A DNA stretch of 64,000 bases from Gammaproteobacteria bacterium (lineage in GTDB: Bacteria; Pseudomonadota; Gammaproteobacteria; Steroidobacterales; Woeseiaceae), in assembly GCA_024639825.1 (NCBI GenBank), contig JAHEGH010000002.1, positions 28,575 through 92,574 on the forward strand, read 5' to 3'. The notes beneath the pieces were generated by a model. It was not told the DNA's origin. It saw nothing but the letters and a program-made list of their open reading frames with translations, and searched no databases. Shown piece after piece: positions 44,978-53,894 of this stretch (position 1 is its first letter; the number at the start of each line of letters is the position of its first letter). Position numbers and translations under genes: made by a program.

Positions 44978-47208
44978 GCTTGTTCCCTCCTTTTCTCGGC
45001 GCGTCCAGGCGCTTTGGCAATCATCAGTTCACGTGCCGCCTCATTGAGTGGCAACCGTATGCTAATCATCGCTCCCCCGTCTTTGCGATTCCTGGCCCTG
45101 ATCGAGCCGGCATGTTCTTCCACGAGCTTCTTAACAATCGCGAGGCCCAGGCCAGTGCCTTTCGGCTTGGTTGTGACGTAGGGATCGAAAATCTGGCTAA
45201 TCGAGCCCGTCTGGAACCCCGGCCCGTTGTCTTCTACTTTGATCTGCACAATCTTGACGGCGTCGACTTCGGCCACGCTTACCTGCACATCAATCTGGCC
45301 GTCAGCTGAGTTCTCGAGGGCCTCGACGGCATTGCGAAGAAGGTTGTGCAGCATCTGCCGTATGCGACCCATGTCCGCCTCGATCATCGGCATGGTCGGG
45401 TCCGATGTGAGGACGATCCGTATTTTGTTCTCCTGCGTGCGGTACAGGTCGACGACCTCATGCACGAGCTTGTCGAGATCAAAGAGACTCAAATCCATGT
45501 CCGGTGCGCGCGCGTAGTCACTGAACGCGTTGACCATCTCCTTCATCGCCTCCACCTGTTGCACGATAGTGTGCGTTGCACGATCGAGAATCTGCGCCTC
45601 TTCTGCGGGCATCGTGTGCAGGTATTTGTGGCGCATGCGCTCAGCTGACAACTGAATGGGCGTAAGCGGGTTCTTGATCTCGTGCGCCAACCTCCGCGCC
45701 ACCTCGCCCCAGGCCGCATCGCGCTGCGCTTGCAGCAATGCCGTGATGTCGTCAAAGACGACCACGTAACCGGCGGCATGGTCCTTATCACCCGGGAGCG
45801 CGGTGCAAGCGCAGGTCAGGACCCTTCTGCCCACCTCGCCGCGCAGCACAATCTGTTCGCGCCACTCTGTTTCCCCGGCGTCCAGATGCACTTGAGCAAC
45901 ATCGACAAATTGTTCCAGTAGCGCGTGTCCCTTAGCCACCTCAGCCAACGGCTCTCCCGTGCGATGCTCAAGATTAACGCCGAGGATCGATCCGGCAGCC
46001 TGGTTAGCATTCCGTATCCGCAAGTCTGACTCCAGCGCGAGTACGCCCGTCGACAGGCGCGCCAGGATAACTTCGAGGTTCGTACGCTCTGCCTCGACCA
46101 GCGCCTGGCTAAGGCTGGCCTCGCGTCGCGCCGTCGCAAGGCGCTGTGTCATATCGTTGAATGAGCTGATCAGGAAGCCAATCTCGTCGCGCGTTGGCGT
46201 TGGCAGTCGCATGTCAAAGTCACCCATTGCAACCGCGCGCGTACCGGCCACGAGATCCTGGATGGGCGCGACCAGCCGGCGGGACAGGACGAACGCGCCA
46301 GCGATCGCCGTCAACAGGCTGAGCAGTAGTACGAACGCCAGCGTCCAGGTCAGGAGGTCTTTCAGGTCCTCCCGGAAGAACACCAGTTGCTGGTACTCCT
46401 GATATGAGCGCTCGACGCTGCTCACCATCTTCCCGAGTCGATCGGCCACCGGGTAGTGCCCCTGCAGGACGCGCGCCTGTTGCGCGCGGCCACCGCGATA
46501 GGTGAAGACAACGGCAGTACGCACTTCGACGCGACCAGAGGACATCGATTCGAGGCTGACGAAAGGGCGTGCCTGCTGCATCTGCAGTACGACTTCTTCG
46601 GTCAGCGGCTTCGGCAGACTTGCGGTTGCGCTGTCGGTACTGGTTGCAAGCACGGTGTTGTTGTCACCGTAGAGCGTCATCTCGCTCGCGCCGCTTTCTC
46701 GGCGCAACATGCCGAGCTCAGAAACCAGCCGTCGCTCGTTGGCCACAGCGAGACGCTGCGCAGCCAGCTGCGTTGACTGCAGGTTGCGGCGCTTCTGGAA
46801 TTCAAGCGCAGCCCTGCTCAGCGCAAGCGCGTTGTCGAGGCCATCTTCGACTTCCACGTTAAACCAGCTGTCGATGCCGCGGTTGATAAACTGCGTGGAA
46901 AAGTAAAAGACGACGATGAGCGGCAGCACCGCAAGCCCGACGAACATACCCACCATGCGTGCTTTGAGTTTTGCGCCGGGTACGTTGTTGCGATAATCAC
47001 TGAACAGGCGCGACAGATTGCCAATCAGCAGCGCGATCAGCAACACACCGCCGACAATATTGGTCCACAGGATAATTTCCTGCATGCGATCGAAGTCGGC
47101 CGACCTCTGCACCGTTTGGGTCAGCAGAAACAGCGCCGCAAGGGCCATGCCGACACCAAGCGTCGCAATCAGGATATAAAAGGCTCGTTTCAGTGTTCGA
47201 GCAACCAT
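44974..47208 (-). CDS. ntrY: NtrY-like sensor histidine kinase (HAMP-PAS-HisKA-HATPase)
   Basis: [37 protein letters not shown]. Confidence 0.88.
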   Translation of the reverse strand: MVARTLKRAFYILIATLGVGMALAALFLLTQTVQRSADFDRMQEIILWTNIVGGVLLIALLIGNLSRLFSDYRNNVPGAKLKARMVGMFVGLAVLPLIVVFYFSTQFINRGIDSWFNVEVEDGLDNALALSRAALEFQKRRNLQSTQLAAQRLAVANERRLVSELGMLRRESGASEMTLYGDNNTVLATSTDSATASLPKPLTEEVVLQMQQARPFVSLESMSSGRVEVRTAVVFTYRGGRAQQARVLQGHYPVADRLGKMVSSVERSYQEYQQLVFFREDLKDLLTWTLAFVLLLSLLTAIAGAFVLSRRLVAPIQDLVAGTRAVAMGDFDMRLPTPTRDEIGFLISSFNDMTQRLATARREASLSQALVEAERTNLEVILARLSTGVLALESDLRIRNANQAAGSILGVNLEHRTGEPLAEVAKGHALLEQFVDVAQVHLDAGETEWREQIVLRGEVGRRVLTCACTALPGDKDHAAGYVVVFDDITALLQAQRDAAWGEVARRLAHEIKNPLTPIQLSAERMRHKYLHTMPAEEAQILDRATHTIVQQVEAMKEMVNAFSDYARAPDMDLSLFDLDKLVHEVVDLYRTQENKIRIVLTSDPTMPMIEADMGRIRQMLHNLLRNAVEALENSADGQIDVQVSVAEVDAVKIVQIKVEDNGPGFQTGSISQIFDPYVTTKPKGTGLGLAIVKKLVEEHAGSIRARNRKDGGAMISIRLPLNEAARELMIAKAPGRAEKRREQA

Positions 47209-47789
47209 TCAAACCATTCGCTTTGTAACTGCCATTCGCCGCGCCAGAAAAACAGCACACGCAGTGCGGCGGGATAGCGTTCCGTATTGAGCATGGCCCG
47301 CAGCCGCACGCGGTATTCTGCTTCGGCATCGAGTAAGGCATCGTCAATAACGGGCAATCCCTGGACACGGCCCAGGCTGTTCAGCGCGGAGTAGAGCGTC
47401 GCGAAGGAGTCCTGATCTCCACTATTGTTGTTGCGAACGATGTAACGCTGACTGACCGGCGAGTACTCTAGTTCGTAACGAAGCGTGAGTTCCGCCTCGA
47501 TATCGTCGGGGATAAAGCGACGCGAGCGTATCACCTGCAGCTGCAGCTCTATGGTCAGCGTGACGCCACTCTCCAGCGCGGCGAGCGCTTCGGAGGACAG
47601 GACCAGCTGCAGTCGTGCGTCCAGCCTGTGCACGCCATTAGCGAGTTCAGTCGATGCCGAGCGGACTTCGAAATAGCCCTCGCGCTCAACATCCTGCGCC
47701 AGCCCCGTACCCAGGGCGAGCGTAGCCAGCAGTACGAGCAAGGCGTACTTGTTGCCTGATTTCGTTGTTCCAGCGGGTTTGAGTGACAT
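47190..47789 (-). CDS. DUF4390 family protein
   Basis: [23 protein letters not shown]-like YPAALR; typical position between rsmB and ntrY. Confidence 0.8.
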   Translation of the reverse strand: MSLKPAGTTKSGNKYALLVLLATLALGTGLAQDVEREGYFEVRSASTELANGVHRLDARLQLVLSSEALAALESGVTLTIELQLQVIRSRRFIPDDIEAELTLRYELEYSPVSQRYIVRNNNSGDQDSFATLYSALNSLGRVQGLPVIDDALLDAEAEYRVRLRAMLNTERYPAALRVLFFWRGEWQLQSEWFEWLLEH

Positions 47790-47797
47790 CGTCTTCT

Positions 47798-49123
47798 TCA
47801 GGAGGCCTTCTTGACGAGGCATGCGTAGTAAAAACCATCGAGTCCTGCCGTTCCGGGCAGAATCTGATAGCCACACGCCTTCCTCCGCATTAGATCGCGG
47901 ATGTTGTTATTTGGCAACACGCTGTCTTCCACCGCGTCGTCATTGGCCTCAAGGAATCCCTGCACTACGCCATCGTTCTCCGCTGCGAGAACCGAACAGG
48001 TGACATACAACAGCCGCCCGCCGGGTGCCAGCACCTGCCATAACGCGCTCAGTATGGCCCCCTGCAGGACCCTGAGATCGTCGATATCGCTCGCTCGCCG
48101 CAGCAATTTGATATCGGGATGGCGGCGAATCACTCCTGTCGCCGAACAGGGCGCATCGAGCAAAACCGCGTCAAACGGTGTGCCATCCCACCATTCTCCA
48201 GGTTTTGATGCATCGGCGATCTTAATGGTTGCATCCAGCCCAATACGCGCATGATTCTCTCGAACAAGCTCGATGCGCCTCGCATCACTGTCGATAGCCG
48301 TGAGTTCGAACCCGGCACCACCCAACTCCAGCAGGTGGCCGCTCTTGCCGCCGGGCGCGGCGCAGGCATCAAGCACCCGCCTCGGGTTATCCGCCATGAG
48401 CCAGCGCGCAGGAATCTGCGCCGCTGCATCCTGTACCGACGCGTCACCGTCCATGAATCCAGGCAGTTCCTCAACGCTGCAGGGCTCGGTGAGTCGCACA
48501 GCATCCGGTATGCCTTCGAGCAGCTCAGCCGCCTTATCGTCACCAGCGAGGCGCACCAGATACTCCGGCGCAGACTGGCGCGCAGAATTTACCCGCAACC
48601 ACATCGGTGCCCGTGAATTATTTGCTTCGAGAATGGCCTGGTAGTCATCAGGCCAGTCCTTGTGCAGCTTATCCAGGAGCCATTGCGGGTGGTTCCAGCG
48701 GACCGCTTCGTCACCCGCGACCTGTTCGGCCATTTTTTCCCGGGTGAAACGACGCAGACAGGCATTCAACAGGCCCGCGAGTTTTGGGCGACGTAACTGA
48801 CGCGCGGCTTCCACCGTTTGCGACACCGCGGCGTGATCGGGAATGCGTGTATCGCAGAGCTGAAACAACCCCACCGCGAGCAGTGCATTGATGACGCTGT
48901 CCCGTTTTTTTAGCGGACGGCCTAGTAGCTGGCCGATCCAGTGCTGTAGTTGCCAGTGCTTACGTACGGTGCCGAAACACAGCATGCGCAGCAGCGAACG
49001 GTCCGCCTCAGAGACGCGTCCCTCGCACCCGGCGATCGCCGCATCCAGCGACTGTCCGCCGCTGACAACCGCGTCGACAACTTCCGCCGCAACTGCCCGT
49101 GTCTTCGCCCCCGAATTCGCCAT
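47798..49123 (-). CDS. rsmB: 16S rRNA m5C967 methyltransferase
   Basis: NusB-like N-terminus, SVQDAAAQ, LDACAAPGGKS, DAPCSATGVIRRHPD, YVTCS. Confidence 0.95.
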   Translation of the reverse strand: MANSGAKTRAVAAEVVDAVVSGGQSLDAAIAGCEGRVSEADRSLLRMLCFGTVRKHWQLQHWIGQLLGRPLKKRDSVINALLAVGLFQLCDTRIPDHAAVSQTVEAARQLRRPKLAGLLNACLRRFTREKMAEQVAGDEAVRWNHPQWLLDKLHKDWPDDYQAILEANNSRAPMWLRVNSARQSAPEYLVRLAGDDKAAELLEGIPDAVRLTEPCSVEELPGFMDGDASVQDAAAQIPARWLMADNPRRVLDACAAPGGKSGHLLELGGAGFELTAIDSDARRIELVRENHARIGLDATIKIADASKPGEWWDGTPFDAVLLDAPCSATGVIRRHPDIKLLRRASDIDDLRVLQGAILSALWQVLAPGGRLLYVTCSVLAAENDGVVQGFLEANDDAVEDSVLPNNNIRDLMRRKACGYQILPGTAGLDGFYYACLVKKAS

Positions 49124-49125
49124 GT

Positions 49126-50115
49126 TTATTCGAGCCTCTGTCCCGAGAGATCCAGCTGACCCGCGAATTCCTGCGCCGTCGCGCGACGCTTACCGGGCAA
49201 CTGCAATTCATCAAGGCGCAGCGCACCGGCGCCACTCGCAACGATAATGCCGTTGCGATCACTTCGCAGGACCGTACCGGGCTCGGCCGACCCATCGACG
49301 GCCGTGGCTCGCCAGACCTTTAGTCTGCAACCCTGTGGGAGCGGCTTCAGCGGTGGGAGGGCCTTCAGGCCCGAATTGGCGGCTGAAGCCGCTCCCACGA
49401 AACAATAGGCACCCGGGAACGGGTTGTAGGCACGCACTCGTCGTACCAGTTCGGCCGCCGGCAAAGACCAGTCGATGGCCGCATCCTGCTTCTCAATCTT
49501 GGGCGCGTAGGTCGTCCGGGCTTCGTCTTGCGCTGCCGAGACCAGCTCGCCCGCGAGAATATCGTCCAGGTGCGCTATCAGCGTAGCGCCACCGAGTGCG
49601 GCGAGCCGGTCGTGCAGCTCACCGGCAGTCTCATTGACGCCGATCTCGATCTCTTCAATATGAAATACAGGACCGCAGTCCAGCCCGGCCGTCATTGCCA
49701 TCAGGCTGACGCCCGTTCTGGCATCGCCTGCGAGTATGGCGGCCTGGATCGGCGCCGCACCCCGCCACCGCGGGAGAACAGAGGCATGCACATTCAGGCA
49801 ACCCTGCACAGGAATATCCAGAACGTTCTGCGGCAGGATAAGACCGTAGGCGGCGACGATCATCAGATCGGGCCGCAACGCCGCAAGGTCCGCCACCACG
49901 CTCTCGTCGCGCAACGTGACCGGCTGCATAACGGGAATCCCCCGCTGCTCCGCATACTGCTTGACCGGGCTTGCCGTAAGTTTCTTGCCGCGGCCGGCAG
50001 GGCGATCCGGTTGTGTCAGCACTGCGATCGGCACTCGCCCGGATTCGACCAGTGCCGTTAGCGACGCAAGCGCGAAATCCGGCGTGCCGGCGAAAATAAT
50101 CCTGGGAGTGGTCAT
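49126..50115 (-). CDS. fmt: Methionyl-tRNA formyltransferase (with ~20-aa REP-derived insertion)
   Basis: FAGTPDFA, TQPDRPAGRG, NVHASVLPRWRGAAPI, LQLPGKR. Confidence 0.96.
   Translation of the reverse strand: MTTPRIIFAGTPDFALASLTALVESGRVPIAVLTQPDRPAGRGKKLTASPVKQYAEQRGIPVMQPVTLRDESVVADLAALRPDLMIVAAYGLILPQNVLDIPVQGCLNVHASVLPRWRGAAPIQAAILAGDARTGVSLMAMTAGLDCGPVFHIEEIEIGVNETAGELHDRLAALGGATLIAHLDDILAGELVSAAQDEARTTYAPKIEKQDAAIDWSLPAAELVRRVRAYNPFPGAYCFVGAASAANSGLKALPPLKPLPQGCRLKVWRATAVDGSAEPGTVLRSDRNGIIVASGAGALRLDELQLPGKRRATAQEFAGQLDLSGQRLE
49335..49398. repeat. REP cluster (truncated copy + inverted doublet) in frame within fmt
   Basis: GTGGGAGCGGCTTCAGCG + GTGGGAGGGCCTTCAGGCCCGA (49353-49374) + AT + TGGCGGCTGAAGCCGCTCCCAC (49377-49398). 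Confidence 0.88.
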
Positions 50116-50142
50116 TGGTCTGTTTGCCGGAGCGCTGCCCGC

Positions 50143-50655
50143 CTAGACCGGGACCGCCGCGTTGCGCCGCTCTTTTTCCAGCTTCTTGCGAATTCGCTGG
50201 CGCTTCGCCTCGGACAGGTAGTCCACGAACAGCTTGCCATCGAGATGATCCATCTCGTGTTGTATGCAAACCGCGAGCAGGCCCTCGGCCTCCATCTCCA
50301 CCGCCTCGCCCTTGCGATCCAGGAAACGAACGCGAATATGTTCCGCACGCTCCACCGACTCGTAGTACCCGGGGACGGACAAACACCCTTCATCCGTCAC
50401 GGTCACGCCGTCCTTCTCGATAATTTCCGGGTTGATCAGCGCGAAGGGCTCCGATTTGTCCGATGACACATCAGCGACGAGCAGGCGCTTGTGGACGTCG
50501 ACCTGCGTCGCGGCCAGACCAATACCCGGTGCGTCGTACATGGTCTCGAACATGTCCCCGATCAGCGCGCGCAGCGCGTCATCCACCACCTCAACAGGGG
50601 CGGCCTTCTTCCGCAACCGCGGGTCAGGAAACTCCAATATCTTCAGTTTTGCCAT
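50143..50655 (-). CDS. def: Peptide deformylase
   Basis: [24 protein letters not shown] at 50655. Confidence 0.97.
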   Translation of the reverse strand: MAKLKILEFPDPRLRKKAAPVEVVDDALRALIGDMFETMYDAPGIGLAATQVDVHKRLLVADVSSDKSEPFALINPEIIEKDGVTVTDEGCLSVPGYYESVERAEHIRVRFLDRKGEAVEMEAEGLLAVCIQHEMDHLDGKLFVDYLSEAKRQRIRKKLEKERRNAAVPV

Positions 50656-50763
50656 AATTTCCGTTGAGCCTTTCGACCCGTTAACCATGCAATATCGCTG
50701 TTTTGCAACATAATAAAACCAGCGTCGTTTTCGCGTGAATTCCTATAAATGCGACCTAAATGT

Positions 50764-50793
50764 TTGACTTTATTGAATAAGATGTCAGACAAT
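50764..50793 (+). promoter_or_regulatory. Possible sigma70 promoter for LysM-dprA-smg
   Basis: TTGACT-N18-GACAAT inside the AT-rich divergent intergenic region. Confidence 0.3.
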
Positions 50794-50939
50794 GCCGCCA
50801 GAAATGCACCCTTCCGGACGTTATTTGGGGCCGGAAATGTGACGTAATTAGCAGCCTCGGCAGTACCGGCACGACATAGTATAGCAACGCCTTGAAAGTA
50901 CGGGCCTAAACTGAATTGTTTGTAGGGAGTCCTCGCGAC

Positions 50940-52100
50940 ATGTCACTCAGCAACACTAGCCTGAAATCCAGCCTTCGGCTGACCGCTGCCACACTGGCCC
51001 TGACATTGGCCGGTTGCGGGGGTAATCCGCCCGCATACGAGAGCAGCCCAGCCGCTCCGACAGTAACCTCCGGAGGCACCTCGATGGAGAGCGGCTATGC
51101 CGAGCCCGCGGCTTACGAGCCCGTTCTGCAGCGCATCAATGAACCCGTGCCACTCGCCGAAGGCCATCCCAACGAGTATGTCGTTCAGGTAGGCGACACG
51201 CTGTGGGACATCGCAGGAACGTTCCTCAAAGACCCCTGGTATTGGCCCGAAATCTGGTATGTCAATCCGGACATCGTAAACCCGCATCTGATCTATCCGG
51301 GTGATGTGCTTGGCCTCGTATACATCGACGGCCAGCCGCGTATCACGAACGTCCGCGCGTCGACCTATCGCATGTCGCCGCAAGCGCGCGTAACGCCATT
51401 GACAGAGTCGATCAGCAGCATTCCCTATGAAGATGTAGCCGCGTTCCTGAGTTCGGGCGTGGTTTTGGAGAAGAAACAGGCGGATTCGCTGCCGTACCTC
51501 CTGCAAACCCGCGGTGATCACCTGATTGCTTCAGCCGGCAACGAAATTTATGTTCGCGGTATTACCCAGGACACACCGGGCGTTCGCTTCAGCGTCGTGC
51601 ATGTTGGCGACCCGCTCTACGACCCCGATGACAATCGACTGATCGGCTACCAGGGTATTCCCGTTGGTGACGGGCGTTTGCGTCGCGGTGGGGACCCGGC
51701 CACGGTCGCTCTGACAGACACGAAGATGGAAGCCAAGCCGGGCGACCGTCTGCTTCCCGAGGAAGTCGACATCCCGCTGAACTTCTTCCCACGCTCACCG
51801 AGCAGCGCCATTGATGGCCGTATCATCTCGGTGGTTGGGGGTGTAACGCAGATTGGCCAGTACATGGTCGTTGTGATTAACCGCGGTTCGAATAAAGGCC
51901 TGTCGGTCGGCGATGTGCTGACTGTATTCCAGGTCGGCGAAGAGGTGCAGGACCGCTTCGGTGGCGGCAAAGTGCGCCTGCCGGAAGAAGAAGCCGGTAC
52001 CGTGATGATATTCAAGACCTATGATCGCATCAGCTACGGTCTTGTCATGGAAGCCACTCAAGCCATCCATATTCACGACTCGGTTCGTAACCCAAGCTAA
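50940..52100 (+). CDS. LysM peptidoglycan-binding lipoprotein
   Basis: Lipobox LAGC, YVVQVGDTLWDIA..FLKDPWYWPEIW..NP.I.NPHLIYPG; typical position upstream of dprA. Confidence 0.9.
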   Translation: MSLSNTSLKSSLRLTAATLALTLAGCGGNPPAYESSPAAPTVTSGGTSMESGYAEPAAYEPVLQRINEPVPLAEGHPNEYVVQVGDTLWDIAGTFLKDPWYWPEIWYVNPDIVNPHLIYPGDVLGLVYIDGQPRITNVRASTYRMSPQARVTPLTESISSIPYEDVAAFLSSGVVLEKKQADSLPYLLQTRGDHLIASAGNEIYVRGITQDTPGVRFSVVHVGDPLYDPDDNRLIGYQGIPVGDGRLRRGGDPATVALTDTKMEAKPGDRLLPEEVDIPLNFFPRSPSSAIDGRIISVVGGVTQIGQYMVVVINRGSNKGLSVGDVLTVFQVGEEVQDRFGGGKVRLPEEEAGTVMIFKTYDRISYGLVMEATQAIHIHDSVRNPS

Positions 52101-52162
52101 AACTCTTATCTTTCGCAATTAATACCGCGCGGCGCTGTGCGCCGACGCGGTATTATTTTGCG

Positions 52163-53263
52163 ATGCAACCAGACCGCCGCCCCTGGCTGATCCTCGCTCA
52201 CGCACACCTTCGTGTTCCCGACCTGCAGGCATTGCTCGAGCTGTTCGGCACCGCGGAGGCCATCGTCGACCAGCCGCGCAGCCGACTTGCCGAGACGGGG
52301 CTGTCAGACGCGAAATGCGCCGCCATCACATCCCCGGACGAACGGGCCGTGGCAGCAGAGCTGTCCTGGCTTGGCGACACCGGGCACCACCTCACCGCGT
52401 GGGGCGACGGACTTTACCCCGAGATGCTCGCGCAAATTCCCGGGGCGCCCCTGCTCCTGTACGTTAATGGTGATATCGAGGCCCTGCACCTGCCTGCCCT
52501 CGCCATCGTCGGCAGCCGTAACCCGACGCAGGGCGGCAGCCGTAACGCGCACGACTTTGCACAACACCTGGCCGCCCGCGGCTTTGCCATCGTAAGCGGG
52601 CTGGCCCAGGGTATCGACGCTGCCGCACACGAAGGCGCGATCGATGCGGGTGGCAAGACGATCGCATTTCTGGGCACTGGCATCGACCGGGTGTACCCAG
52701 CCACCAACCGCAAGCTCGCACACGCCATCGCCGCCAGCGGCGCGCTGGTGAGTGAATATCCCCTGGGCTCAGCGCCCGAACGCTGGCACTTTCCCGAGCG
52801 CAACCGGCTGATCAGCGGCGTGAGTCTCGGCACGCTGGTGGTCGAAGCCGCTCGCCGCAGCGGCTCTCTCATTACAGCGCGACTCGCCGCCGAACAGGGC
52901 CGCGAGGTATTCGCGCTCCCCGGTTCTATCCATAATCCACTGGCCCGCGGTTGCCATGAGCTCATTCGCCAAGGTGCGAAACTCGTCGAAACGGCTGGCG
53001 ACATTCTTGCCGAACTGAGCCCATTGACCGGACATATGCTGGAAACCGCCGAAGAATCGACGTTTGAGAAAGCCTCGGCCCACCTGCCCGATGACGACTA
53101 CGCGGAACTGCGCAGAGTCCTCAGCCACGATCCTGTGAGCATCGACGAACTCGAAAAACGATCTGGATTGACGATCGAGCAGCTTTCCTCCATGCTTCTG
53201 ATCCTGGAGCTCCATGGAGAAGTGGAGTCCTTGTCCGGCGGACGATATGCCCTAGCGGGCTAG
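52163..53263 (+). CDS. dprA: DNA-processing protein DprA/Smf
   Basis: AIVGSRN, VSGLAQGIDAAAH, FPERNRLISG, SGSLITA, C-terminal winged helix. Confidence 0.95.
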   Translation: MQPDRRPWLILAHAHLRVPDLQALLELFGTAEAIVDQPRSRLAETGLSDAKCAAITSPDERAVAAELSWLGDTGHHLTAWGDGLYPEMLAQIPGAPLLLYVNGDIEALHLPALAIVGSRNPTQGGSRNAHDFAQHLAARGFAIVSGLAQGIDAAAHEGAIDAGGKTIAFLGTGIDRVYPATNRKLAHAIAASGALVSEYPLGSAPERWHFPERNRLISGVSLGTLVVEAARRSGSLITARLAAEQGREVFALPGSIHNPLARGCHELIRQGAKLVETAGDILAELSPLTGHMLETAEESTFEKASAHLPDDDYAELRRVLSHDPVSIDELEKRSGLTIEQLSSMLLILELHGEVESLSGGRYALAG

Positions 53264-53306
53264 GCCGGACAGCTGAATATCGAATGTGCAAGGAGCCGCT
53301 CCAGGC

Positions 53307-53783
53307 ATGAAAGAAAACGTACTCGACGTGCTCATGTATCTCTTCGAAACCTACGTCGACGCAGAAGAAGACCCCGAACCCGATCAGAACGAACTGCGCA
53401 TCGAGCTCTCGCGAGCCGGCTTTGGCGATGCGGAAATCGAGCGCGCTCTCGAGTGGCTGGACGGTCTGACCGACCAACAGGAATGCCTGGATTACGGCAA
53501 CCAGACGGCGCACGGGACCCGCATATATAACGAGTTCGAACACGAACGACTCGATGCGAGCTGCCGCGGCTATATCACCTATCTTGAGCAAATCGGCATC
53601 CTCTCGCCACCGCAGCGCGAGATCCTCGTAGACCGGCTGCTGGCGCTTGAGACGACCGATATCGATGTCGAACAGATCAAATGGGTCGTACTGATGGTCC
53701 TGTTCAGCCAGCCTGGACAGGAGCTTGCGTATGCGCGCATGGAAGACCTTGTTTTCGAGGAAACTTCGGACCTGCTGCACTAA
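53307..53783 (+). CDS. smg: Smg / DUF494 protein
   Basis: MKENVLDVLMYLFE, AGF...EI.RAL.WL, KWVVLMVLF. Confidence 0.9.
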   Translation: MKENVLDVLMYLFETYVDAEEDPEPDQNELRIELSRAGFGDAEIERALEWLDGLTDQQECLDYGNQTAHGTRIYNEFEHERLDASCRGYITYLEQIGILSPPQREILVDRLLALETTDIDVEQIKWVVLMVLFSQPGQELAYARMEDLVFEETSDLLH

Positions 53784-53830
53784 CGCCCAAACCCGAATTC
53801 CTTGACACTCAGCGGTCAAGCATGTAATTC

Positions 53831-53864
53831 AACCGCGGCACAGACCGCGGTTTTTCTTTTTTTT
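53831..53864 (+). terminator. Intrinsic terminator after smg
   Basis: AACCGCGG-CACAGA-CCGCGGTT followed by a long T-tract. Confidence 0.7.
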
Positions 53865-53894
53865 GTACCTACACCCAAGGGTCGTATCTGACAG

